The notes below the pieces were generated by a model. That model worked only from the letters and a program-made list of their open reading frames with translations, did no database searches and was not told the DNA's origin. A DNA stretch of 64,000 nt from NCBI GenBank assembly GCA_964057225.1, contig OZ059894.1, positions 14,074,001 through 14,138,000 of the forward strand, in the 5' to 3' direction. The translations under genes and the position numbers were made by a program. Source of the stretch: Auanema rhodensis (lineage: Eukaryota > Animalia > Nematoda). This document shows, one piece after another, positions 38,376 to 50,860 of the stretch (position 1 is the first letter of the stretch; each line of letters opens with the position of its first letter).

Positions 38376-39591
38376 ATGTTGGACGCCGGCCAGTTGCGTG
38401 TTGAAGCTTTGCGTAAGCGACTTGATGAATCTCTAGCTTTCTTCCAAAAATCTGCTGTACAAAAAGATCGTAAGGCTCGCTCTCTCCATATTGTTCGTGT
38501 CAATCCCAAGGAGGCTATGGTGGAAATCGGCGAGGTATATTATTTTCTAGTTGTCCTTATTTCGTATTTGGTCGTCCATAAAATAATGGCCAATTATCAT
38601 TCAGTTCTAACTAGATCCTATTCAGCATGGTGCCCGTCCTCGTTTGGATCGGATTCTATCCTCGTCTTCTCCTTTGAATGTCATTTGTGACGGCTCTGCT
38701 ATGGGAGATCTTGCGACCAGTCCAGCCGAATCAATTGATTCCGGAGTGGGATTATCACCTGTGACCAGTCCAGTTGGAAAACACTCGCCTTTTTATCAGT
38801 ATTCTGGTGAGTTTTTACTTTTTTTTAAATGTTATCTAAAACTTTATCTTTAAATTTTAATGGTTCTGTTTACAGAGGAAAACCGCTTGGGTATGCGTCA
38901 GCGTTCTGCGTCTGAATCTGAGTGGGCATCTGAAGGCCTCAAGGGCATTCTCAAAAAACCATCTCCCCGTCCTCGCCGTCTTTCACGGTCGGTGTCCGAA
39001 AGTTGCCATGGCCTTACTTTGGGTCCATTCGGCTTGATTGGAACACTCGAGGAAGAGGATGAAGAGTATGCTGAAGAAGCTGACTACGAAGGGCAAAGTG
39101 ACGAGAATGTTTCGATCGCTCCCCGAAAGAAGCGTGTAAGCTTTAGCGAAAAGTTGGAGCAATGTCGCAGGTTCCGCCCTAATCAGTGCATCGCATCTCA
39201 AGCTCGAAAGAATGAGAAGAGACGTCTACATAAACGGCGCAAGGAGGAAGAACGTCGTAGGCTTAGTTGTGGAAGCGAAGTAAGTAGACACCGTAAATAT
39301 TTGAATCTTCCAAATATTGGAATTATTTATATTCTTTTGTTATAGAGCGAAGGAAGCACTTGTTCCGAAGCAAAGCCTTGTCTTCGTAATGAACGTCAAG
39401 ATAGTGGTTTTGTTGACAAGGATGATACACCTCCTTCTTCTCCTTTACCAACTGAAGAGAGTGCCTGGTCTGGTCTGATCAGACAGCAGCGTAAGGTGAG
39501 AATAGTATTTTTATCACTGTTTAAATATAATTTCCAAAGAAAAATTTACTGTACGAAACTAAATATCTTTATTTAGATGGCTGCAATTTAA
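38376..39591 (+). CDS. Disordered PP1-docking protein (SILK + RVxF) resembling the C-terminal tail of insect kintoun/Nop17l
   Basis: 5 exons. RQRSASESE, KGILKK (38941), RSVSES, KKRVSF (39127-39144), FRPNQCIASQARKNEKRR...RRLS; ends MAAI* (TAA 39589-39591). No PIH1 or CS domain. Confidence 0.8.
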
Positions 39592-42400
39592 GAGGAAAAT
39601 AATTTGAAATAAAAGGATGTAATTTGAATTTGGTCGGTTCATTTTCTAAACTTGTGGTGGTTCCCATATCCACTCTTACAAACAGTCCCTCATCACTGCA
39701 TTCTGTAATTAGTTGTAATATAGCTTCTCCATTTTGGGTATAGTTCGGTGGTAAAACATAGTTCCTTAGTTGAGGTATGATGGTGATGTTGGAGATATTT
39801 TACTGCCGTTTCAATCCTGATACGGTGTAATTTTTTGTATATAAGCATTTAGAGAATAGTTTGTTTTTTTTCTTTTGTAGATTTTTAGTTCCTGTTGCCA
39901 ATATCTTAAAACGTGTATATAGGCTTACTGTACATAATGCCATTTTTTATTTAATCTCATAGTTCTGTTTGTTGATTTTTATTCATCTCTTTAGTTAATC
40001 ATATTGTTAATCGTCAAAAAAATTAAAATCTAAAAAATACGGGGGATTCGCGTCCTTTTTACGGTTTTGCGATCGGATCACTGAAAACTGCGTGTATGTA
40101 CCATAGGAGGGTATTTTAACTTGTGCTACACCTAGAATTTCTTAAGCTTCCCGTTGTGGTGATCTTGTTCCATCAGTTCTTGTAGATCTTACCTCGTTTG
40201 TACTGTTTGATCTCTTTTAGTGAAAAAAAACATTTTTTTCTATCGACAAGTGCAACCTATTTCGGGAGGTATATCTTTCCCTTTTTTTATCTATCCTTCT
40301 TTTTTATTTTATCCCCGTAACTCACCCTCCCTATCTTTTGTAGCAATTTTCTCTTTGTATAATATTTGGGAGACATATTATCCGAGTGGATGATATGTGA
40401 ATTATTATTCAAACAAAATTACAACATAGATTTCATGATTACCATGCTTTTCTGTATGTTAATTATTGTTCTCTTTTATGTATAATACTGTCATTGATGT
40501 GTAGTTTTGTTGTAATTTTCGTTTCCTTACAAATTTCGTTTTGTTAAGTTGTAGTCATTCATCGTTATCCTTCTTTTGATTCTATTGTATGACACTCTTG
40601 AGGAATTTGTAAACTTAATATGATTTTCGGTTTTCTATGTAATACACAATTTATTAAAACAAATAGTTCCTCACGTAATATGTGTTTAGATGGAATGAAG
40701 TGATGGAAATTGTATTTACTATGAAACTTCAGGAAAAATAATATTTTATTTTTAAATAAAAGTTGATATTATTTCTGTGTTCTATTTCTGTTTTTTTAGT
40801 CTGGACAATTTTTAATATTTCTAAATCAAGAGCAAAATCTAAGATTATTCAGGTTTCTTTGCGAGTTTGCTATTAAAAAAAGTTATTTTCACAATATTGT
40901 CAACCCAATAACCTAGTAACCAGTTGTTTTCAATGAGAAGTATCAACTAGAAAGTGAGAACTTTGACATATACAGTAATTTAATCATAAAATACATAATC
41001 AGAAATAATATATGATAAATAAATTAGGCAAGAACTATGAACATAGGTCGCTCATTGCATCTCGCGAAGTCCTAAGCTAAATTTTCGAAAAAACAATTCA
41101 ATTTAGTTTGGTAGTTAGAATCATGATTTTAAGAAGATTCAGTCTTTGATTTTAGTCTGTTTATCACAGTAACTCAACTTTGATTTCTCACAAGTTTATC
41201 AAGTATTTGCTAAGGTTACGGTACATGTAATGAACGGCTCATAATCGTAATTCATTATCTTTTTATCCTTCATCACATCTGGGCGGCAGCTGGAAACGAT
41301 AGAAATGGGTAGAACGTGCAAGAAACTTCGCGAACCTTATAGCAGCGTGGCGGGTCAACGAATGAATGATAGACTTTAGACCTAAACTTTACAATGCCTT
41401 GATTTGCAAGAGTGTAGGAAAACAAAATAGTAAATAAAGATGAATAAGATATAGATAAAGAGATATGATATTTAAAATATTTTAAAGTTATATCAGATTA
41501 TTTGAGAAACTTCTTTGTTTCAGTTTTTCTCTAGCTGAGTTTGATCAAACTGATAGGCTAAGAGATATATGTAGAGAGTTACGTAATTCAGATATTACAA
41601 CAGATTCGTCTCCTCTTCACATGATATCATTTTTACTGAGCTTAACACTAATACTCCTTTTTTTCTCCTCAAAGAGAGAAAATATTTTTTTTTCTCATTT
41701 TCAACTAATAGCTTAAGACTTAATTTGTATTGGATTCACTTTTTGATGAAATGAATTACGAAAAACATGTTTAAAACCTATTTTCAGTTTCTATCCTATA
41801 ATATATATTATATATATCCTATAAATTGTATATGCTTATTTTAATATAAATATATGCATAAAATAGTTTTTTTTTATAAATATTAAAATATTTGAATCAA
41901 TTCATTTTGACGCAGCATTATGAACAAATTTAATAAAAATCTTGTGATTTATAATTTTTTGAAAACGTCAAATTTACTAAATTTTCATTCAATGTTTCTT
42001 TGATACCGAAAGCATATGTTGAGTTACATTCAGAATTTTTCTTTTATTTTTCCCGAATGACTGAGCTTCTATTTTCTTGTTGGAAGCTGTATTGCAATAG
42101 TAATTTATGATATATTCTTAGCTTATTTGTTGAGAAAAATCAAAATTACACCGACAATTTGTTCATGTACCTTCAAGTTGTGAATGAACAAATGTAGATA
42201 GAAAATACAATCTACATTAGATACTGCTTCTGCTTCTGCTGCTGCTGCTGATAGATTCGTATTTTTCTTTGAACCTAAAAAAAAGCGGAAGAGTCTTTCG
42301 CAATCGCCAATCCGCCTACTTTCATAGTTTTGCAAAATGATGCAACTGGCCAATAGCATAGCTCAATTGTATGTTGTACCGCATATTCCACGCATATGTT

Positions 42401-45400
42401 CACGTGAAGGACCCTTATTTTTTATTTTGTGCACGTGCATGTCGGTCGTAAAAAACGGATACTTGCGGTTCAACGATCAAAGGTATTTACGAATGTTGAC
42501 CCATGAGACTAATCTCAAGAAAAAAACTATTTTCATTCATTCTTAATCTCTGATGCATAAACAATTATCAATAGCCATCTTAGCTAGTTGTTTGTTCCAT
42601 TAAATTCATAATATATTTTTTAGAAAGCTATTAATTAATAATTATTTGTGTGAATAGATGTTTATGTCATGATTGCAACTCTAACAAATATCTCGTCAGT
42701 GTTTCATTCCACCTTTATTTCCTCTTTTTTTTTCGTTTTTTTTGTGCTTTCTCTTTATTTTTTTCTTAGATTCTATTAAATTTATTTTGAATCTACTTCC
42801 AAAGTTAACTTGTTGAACATACAATTTACCGGTCCACTGGAGAGTCTAGCTTAGAGAGACCAGCAAATTGCCAACCCTCCTTCTATTTTTTAGTCGATTG
42901 TCTCTTTCGTTTCGAATATTTTCTTCTAGTTTTGCTTCCGCCACTTGCCAATGATTTTTTTGTTGCAGAAGCTCCAAAGATCATTAGCACGTGGTTCACG
43001 TAGTTGTTCTCTTCAAGCCCCATGTTATTAAAGCTCTGCTGATCTGTGCTGTTATTATTGCTGTCTTTGTTGCTTGTCTTCGTATTATTGTTCGAATTCC
43101 GTTTTTCACTCATGAGAATCGGTTAGAATTTCGGAACTAACTTTTCCATCGAATTAACCAGTCTATTCATTTATTTCCTTCTCTTTTTTCTCTCTATCTC
43201 TCTTCCTCTCACTTGTCCAATCTTCTCATTTTCTGTCATTTTGATCTCCGTTCTCAATATGTTCCCTGTATTCAAGTCACCATCGTAGTCTGTATTAAGG
43301 AGTATGATACCGCGCTCTCAGCTGTTCTTGATACAGCATTTTCACTTGAAATTCACGTGAATATGGCCTCTGTTCCCTGATGACGCCTGGCAATCACTAT
43401 GACCGTTATGATCAATGAATGAATGATTTCTGCAATAGTTTCTTGTCCATTCGACATCTTTTTTTCTTTTTCGCTCTCTTTCTTTATCTTTATCTTTCAG
43501 TTTCATTTTTTTCTTTTCTTCTATCTCTCTCATAGCTCTATATGCTCTCTCCTACACTTTGGACTTCTTGTTCTTCTTTTTTTGAGCGCTTCCCTCAACA
43601 TCCTCATCGTATTTTCTGGCATCTACTAGGTCTACTAACCTCTCTTTGATCTTGAAGCTCTCATTTTCATTTCAAAACCATTTTGTGCATAGATATGAAA
43701 TGATGTTTGCAAATAAGTTATCTGCAAGCTGGCGTTGCCTTTTATCATTACTTAGTCTTTCATTTCTGCTTACCTAACTATGGAGCTACACTTTTCTTTT
43801 TTCCCGGAATATTATGAAGTATTGCTTACAGCGCTCACTTCACTTTGTTGCTTTCACTAATTGTATTGGTGTTCATTTATCTAAACTGGATCTATCTTTG
43901 CAGTTGTTCATCCAAATTGTTATATCTTGCGTTCTACTCGTTCCCAGTCTGAACCTAAGCGTTCTGTGCCGATTCACAATCTCTTTTGCTTTCCGGAGTT
44001 CAATCATTTCAACAAAATATGACATCACGAATGATGCTTGTAAGTGAGAATGCCAACATGTTCTTATGCTCGAGCAGCCTAGCAACTGCTGTTCTCGCTG
44101 CTTCTCTACAACATTTGTCGTTCTCTGTCTCTGTTATGATGTGATCTCTGCTGTTTCTCAGCATGAGCAGTGTCCTCCTCCTCTCTTCAAGCTCATTTTC
44201 ATTTTCTGGTTTTGTTTTTCAACACCTCCATTCTTGTTCCTTCATTGATATTTTCTTAATATCTTTGCAATATATCGTGATGTGTATATAGCTGCAAGGT
44301 TTTAACAAATTATTTTGCATGTCTATATATGCTTATATACATATGCTTATATTTCAATGCTACGACCTTGAAAAGGTGACTTTTTGCTTTAACATTGCTG
44401 AAGATATATGAATTTTGCCCTACAACTTCAGCTTTCTCAGCCCATAAACACGTGCTTTTGCTATTATTGCCATTTTCTTTTTTTTTTGTTCTATTTTCCT
44501 TTTCTCCTCATATCTTCCAAACATTTCTTCAAACTCTAGATGTTTCTCACTCTTTCTCATTTTCTTTTTCTCTTTTTCTGTCTAATTCTCTCATTCTTTC
44601 TACAAAACTAATTCTCATATACTACTTCACTATTTTTCTTTTTTTCTTCTGTTTGCATTTGTATTTCTAAATTATTTTTTTTTCCAATTTTTGACAATGG
44701 CAGTATCTATATGTAATCTTTCATTTTTCTCATATAAATCTCTGAAAACTTTTCTGTTCTCCCATTGACAGTTTTTGAGTGTCCATCATCACTTTTCTTA
44801 TCGCCATTTTTTCGGTAGCTAATCAGCGACTCCTTGTGATATACACGTGCGATTGTTTGACCATATTCAATGACCTCTCACTTTTTTTTTTGCAATAGAC
44901 TAGTTCAGCAGCTTCTTTATGTAACAATTGTCTAATTGACACATTTGCTTCCCACTATTATATACTATACTAACCACTGATCTCTCATCTTATGACTGAT
45001 AGTAAGACTATTTCAGTCGGAATCATGTGTATTCGTTCAACATCTGTCCTCTTCTTTTGATCTTTTTTTTTCTGTTTTTGCATTCATGTTTCTGCTATTT
45101 TATTACGTCATTAACGATTACCATGATTCTTCTTTCGACATCTTGAATGCACTTTAATTTACTTATTCATAGCTAGTAAATCAGTTCGCAATCCCTATTT
45201 TCCAGCCAATAAATCTCTTCTCTCTTTCTTTCTTACTCTCTCTCTATATATCTATATACACTATTATACTTTCTCTTCATTGCTGTTTTTTTTCTTTTAC
45301 CCCTTTATTCCTGTTCAATTCCCTGCCTACATGCTTGTCTCATCGACAAAGCGTTATATCTACCCTTTCTACTTCTCACGTTGGCTAGATGTATCTGCTC

Positions 45401-48109
45401 TTACAGCAGTCATGTCGTCATCATCTCTCCCAACGGGCTTTTACTTCATTTTGTTGTCCCAATTCTACTTCTACTAATGTTGTTGCTGCTACTGCTGCTT
45501 TGCCTTTTGCTATGATGGGAGTTGCTTCGGCGGCTATTTTCGGTCTTGGCCTCTTGTTCTTTTCCAGCCTGTGTCGCACTTTCTTATCGTTAGCTCCGCC
45601 CCTTCTTTTTCATGATATATAATTAACCTGGTTAGCCGCGCAACAACCCACTTGTCCTAATATGACGATGAAACAGCGTGCTCGTAGCAATTCTCTTTTC
45701 GTAGGCATGATGAGGACCGAGCCTGTACCCTGCTTCCGATGCCGTACTGCTGGTGGATCTCCCCCCGGGTATGTTTAAATTTTATGTTTATCTAAGTGCA
45801 AATGTAATGAAAATCTTTATGAATCGAAAGTAGAACAAGTGAGAAGCTACATCCAGTCTTCTATGAACTAGTGATATCAAACTACTATTTGCTTTCAATT
45901 CAATTTCTTAATATAACTAAAAAATACTCTTTTGATACTTCATAAATGTTTTTTCTATAAAATAACTTGTTTTTTAAAATAATATTATATAATTCTTCAG
46001 CTCTGTTCCACTCTCTCTCCATAAGGTTTCTTCCATCAATCGCTCGTGTGCTGGTACTAATGCTCCTGGAAGTCGTGGCGAATCATCTTTAGAATTAGAA
46101 GCTATTGGTAAGCTAATATGTTTGATTTTGAATTTCTACTAATCTTTCATGTTCAACTAACTATTCTAACTATTTTCAGCTGCCGTTAATGAATTAAGCT
46201 ATGCTGTGCAGTCGATCAGCGTTTCTGAGATGTTACCCCGAACACCGGACCTTATTTTCGTAAACGTAACAACACTTGAAGGTTAGTATCATCAGTTTCT
46301 TCAGTTTGTTCCATTTTTACTATTTTTGCGCGTCTTTTGTTCTTTTTTCCTAATTCATCAATCTTTTTTGAAAATATTATTACCGAGTTCGGTTTTGTTT
46401 GATATTGTAACGATTATCACGTGATGTGTTGTGTCGTCTAGATGAAACTTAAGAAAGAAAAGTATGAAAAGCCAACTGCTCTTCAATGCTTCTTCCCTTT
46501 TTTTTTATTTGTACTGATGATTTTCAGTCAGTTTTAGAGATATTTAACGCATGAAGCCCTTTTATTTACGATTAATTTTCTGAAGTCATGAGTTCAAACG
46601 TTAAATTTCAAGAAATCATTTTCAGTCCAACCGTACTGCCTGGAACTAACTTTGAAAGGCTGGAGGATAGCATCTCTTCGCACAGATTGCATGATTGGTA
46701 TGTTTTTGCATTTGATTGTTTGACGTTTTCGAGATGTTTCTATGCACTAGCTATCATCATAACCATCAATCTCTTCATTTGCATATTCATTATCTCTTCT
46801 TAATACTTTCTCCAATGCCCATATGGACCTTATCTTGTTGTTTTTCATTTCATTTCCTGAATTTCCTCACCAAGTGTCACACACACACACACACACCTAC
46901 ATCTACACATCTACCTTCATAGACGGGGTGTGATACTACAATCTACTTTATACTTTAACATTATTAAAAAAGGTTATATGTCTTCATTGATTGATATCTA
47001 TTCAATTCAACTTTCGAGAATGTTTCATGCTGTGATAAGGCTGAAGAAAAGTTTTATTAATGATCCACGTGATTCAAGTGATAGTTAATTGCTGAAAAAA
47101 AAATTTAAAAAGATTAGTGAAAAATGACTATTTATAACTCAAAACACGAGAACTTATCAGATCATATAAATTAGGATATTTCATAATAGATAGTTCTGAA
47201 ACAATAGAGAAGGGCTTTCCCTTCACGTGATCTATGCTGGTTCAAGGTTCTTCCTGGACAGACAGCATGTCGTCCACGCTAGTTGTCTTTTAATAATATT
47301 AACTATGCCCGTTTGTATGTTCTATCTCTAAATTGGTGTTGTTTGTTCTTGTCTTCTACCTCCTGTCTTCCTTCCTCTCTCATATCGTTAGTAGTTTCTC
47401 TCGATAATGATCGTTCATTCTTGTTTTCTCATTCATGGTTTGACCGATGATCAATAGAAGGATTGCCTATGTTGCTTTAAGCAAATCCCTCCTGTAGGTT
47501 ATGATATAGCATTTGCCAGAAGCATCTTATGAATAAACATATGTTTCTTTGACAAATCTAATCTATTTATAGGTGATTTTACTCGATTGGAGATGTTCAC
47601 TAAGTATTATGATTCACTATATTCATTAATGGATGAAATTTCTCCCGGATATCAAGAGCGTTTTGGTGAAAATCTTGCTCAGCGTTTGCAACAACTAGAG
47701 GTATGTACTTCTTTTAATATATTTTCTTCAAGTTTATCTATTTCTCCTCTCTCTTTCTCTCTCTCTCTATATATATATCTTTAATTTTATTTTTCTTATA
47801 ACCCACACACACGCAAAACGAAATTGGTGAATACTCGAAAAACGATTGTTTTGAGTTTTTTTTTGATTGAAAGGAGCCGATAATTCTATACATTCGCAAC
47901 CCATCTCGTGCTACTAATAAATAAAAAAATAATAAAAATTGTATGACCCTTGTTCACGTGTAATTTCACGTGATTACACGTCAAACGAGATGGTAGCTTG
48001 TCAATTGTGTCTTTATTTTGTTTTTGGATGATAGTAGTCTGAACAAGTCGTCTTCGAACTTTGATTCTCGTTGCATAGTTTGACACGTCATAAATGATAA
48101 TATATAATA

Positions 48110-48145
<36 letters not shown>

Positions 48146-48421
48146 ACAATGACTTTTATAATGCTGTTATTCAGCAAGAGATGAGGGGCAAGAACATTAT
48201 GTACTGGAGATGGGTGTATTGCTATTGATGGTGCTGCTTTTTTCAATTAGTTGTTTGATTGAAGAATCTGTGATCCTGGTTTTCTGATGTTCTATCACGC
48301 TATCATCTCTAATAATATCGTGGATGATGCTAGTGTTAAGAAAGCGATGTCAACGATTAAGAACGATGTGAAGGATGAAACCGGAATACGTGAGAACACG
48401 TTGCCATGTGCTTATCACGTG
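42401..48421. promoter_or_regulatory. Cluster of 12 CACGTG E-boxes upstream of and within the GSKIP gene
   Basis: CACGTG at 42401, 42432, 42988, 43354, 44449, 44844, 46418, 47066, 47224, 47955, 47967 and 48416; several are TCACGTGA. Confidence 0.6.
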
Positions 48422-49216
48422 TTCACAATGATTAACATTCGCAGCATCATGTCATTGGGATTTAGTTAAAGTCCAGTAGAACATATTCAAAGAGAATAAA
48501 AGGTATAGACAGACAGATGAGATAGAAAGATAGATAGTGTGATTGTTGGTTTCAAGTCTGTGATCTGCTTGATATACTAGATGAATACTATATCATTATT
48601 ATACATATAGTAAGTATACTGTACTATTTATATGATATAGTATTGATATATGAAAGATTATCTATCTATGATCAATCCGAAGCTGATATCTCTGAATGGA
48701 AAAGGTTCTTGGAAAATCTGGTAATCCTTTACTAGTTGATAGTAGAATCGTGTAACTGATATAACAGGTTTATGAAAACGAAATATTGAATAGAGAGAAT
48801 TGTAATAGATTGATATGTTCCCTAACGAGCAAATGTTTGAAATAGTTTTGCAACATCCGAAATATTTGATGATTTTTTGATCTGTCTGATCATTTTGTAT
48901 CCATTCTCTACTAGTCTTCATACTACTTCCCAATTTCTATCTTTCTACTTTTTTCTCTCTCTCTCTCTCTCTCTGTCTTACTCTTCCAAACAGGCTCATC
49001 TTTCTTGTTTTAATACAAAAGATTATTTTTGTTCATTATTTGATGTTTTTTTACGTTTTACAGTCTTAATATTGTTGTTTTCAGGATGATGATTCCATTG
49101 AAGAATCTCCCTCTTTGAGCTCCAGTCGAAATTCACTCTCCTCTACCGATTCACTTCCTGTTGTCACTCCAGCTAGTACTCCAGCAGTAGATTTGGATAG
49201 ACCGATTTGGGCATAA
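45662..49216 (+). CDS. GSKIP: GSK3-beta interaction protein (GSKIP/DUF727), 6 exons
   Basis: LELEAIAAVNELSYAV (PKA-RII-binding helix), IFVNVTTLE-QPYCLELTLKGWRI, YDSLYSLMDEISPGYQERFGENLAQRLQQL (GSK3-binding segment). Confidence 0.92.
48111..48142. repeat. (TA)n microsatellite
   Basis: About 16 TA units. Confidence 0.9.
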
Positions 49217-50056
49217 GTAAAGAGCAACGTAGTTGACTAGGCAGTTGCTTTCCAAATCTGATAGTGATCTGATTGATGATGTGTAGATGGAATGATGGCA
49301 GTAGTTCAGTTGCAGCTTTTTCGCTAAGCTGTGTATGTCCGACAACCTCACCGACAAGCTCTTGTAGCCGTCGATCACCATGACCTGTTCCGGCTCACCT
49401 CTTGTCTTCTAACAATTTTTATTTTCCATTTTCTTGGCACTTTTTTCTATTAACCTTACCTATCTTACTATAAATAACATTCTTATATTCATATATATAT
49501 ATATATACATATATAAATTCAACATATCGTTGAACAACAAAATTTATTAGAAACTGTATTTTCTCAGTTTAGTTTTGTTTGAATTTCTATATTATATTAT
49601 GAATATTATATCTATCTGTCTATCTCGAGAGAGAGAGAAAGAAAGAGAAATAGATATAATATTTATAATATAATATCAAGACATTAAATGTCAAAAAAAG
49701 TGGTCTATTATTCCTTAACATCTCAAATTATTTGAACAGTATAACTTCAAACATTTCCTTTTTCCTCATATTCACTTCTACCCATTTTCCTCTCTCTCTT
49801 TAACTTTTTTTCTTCCTCCCCCCTCTCTCTCTCTCTTTTCAATGGTTATTGTTCTGTTATTGCCTCCTTTGTCTCTTTATTACTTCATTCTTATCGTACT
49901 TATGAGGCGATGATTTTGTCTAAATGTAGGTAAAATTGTCATGTACCAACGGGATATTGTACGGATATTAAGAGAGAAATCTCCATCTTCTCTCTTTCAC
50001 CCCCTCTTTCTCACATACCTCTCTCTCTCTCTTGTTTTCTTTGTTAAACATACAAG

Positions 50057-50058
<2 letters not shown>

Positions 50059-50098
<40 letters not shown>
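50059..50098. repeat. (TC)n microsatellite
   Basis: About 20 TC units. Confidence 0.9.
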
Positions 50099-50101
<3 letters not shown>

Positions 50102-50860
50102 ATATTTTCCCATGTCCACTGTTTTCCATTGTTTTCCATTTATAGAAGTAAATCACTCGTTATGTTTTCGGGTTAGAACAATTTGAAATTTTTATTTTGT
50201 AGAATTGTAAGATCTATATGGCTTATATCGCTTAACTGCCAATCATTACTACTTATTATACATATTGTTAACGGTGTATCATCGTAATTATTCTTTTTAT
50301 ATCAATATATCGCTCAATTTTTTTATTAAAAAATAAGCTATTAAAACTGTTACATGGCAAGCACAAATACATTGTTCATTATACAATATAATTAAAAAAA
50401 GAACAAACTATATATATAATATATATGTACGTATTTGGCTATTTTGTTTTGATAATTAATAATTGAAAAGAAAAAAAAAATAAAGACACTCGTTTCAGTT
50501 GTGGTGATTCGTCGACACACCGATTTTATTTTGCCAAAACACTCTGAAATAAGAAATTTTCATATATTAATAAATATTCATATATATATATATTATAGAA
50601 AATATATTAATAATTAAGTATATAATGTTTAAAAAAAACTAAAAACTAAAATATAAAGAACTAAATCTAGAATGATAATCTAAAAACTTAAAATAAATAG
50701 ATGAGTGCATATATCTAAGTTTAATTGTGGTCTTTGTAATCGATCGTGCATTTAAGAAGAAGATACTTTGTTTCAAAAATAATTATTATGACTAACTATT
50801 ACATAATATTTACTTTTGTTATATTATTTCCTGAAATTATACAGAGCACGACACACCGAT

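Noticed and set aside
42883-43113. Minus-strand 76-aa ORF with HVLMIFGASATKK, reminiscent of the G6PD N-terminus (IFGASGDLAKKK)
   Set aside because: It lacks GDLA and all downstream G6PD sequence, and the context is low-complexity; likely chance.
43266-43336. Hairpin pairing CTGTATTAAGGA with TTCTTGATACAG, as a candidate pre-miRNA
   Set aside because: Only about 12 solid base pairs over ~47 nt, too short for a pre-miRNA, and it matches no miRNA I recognise.
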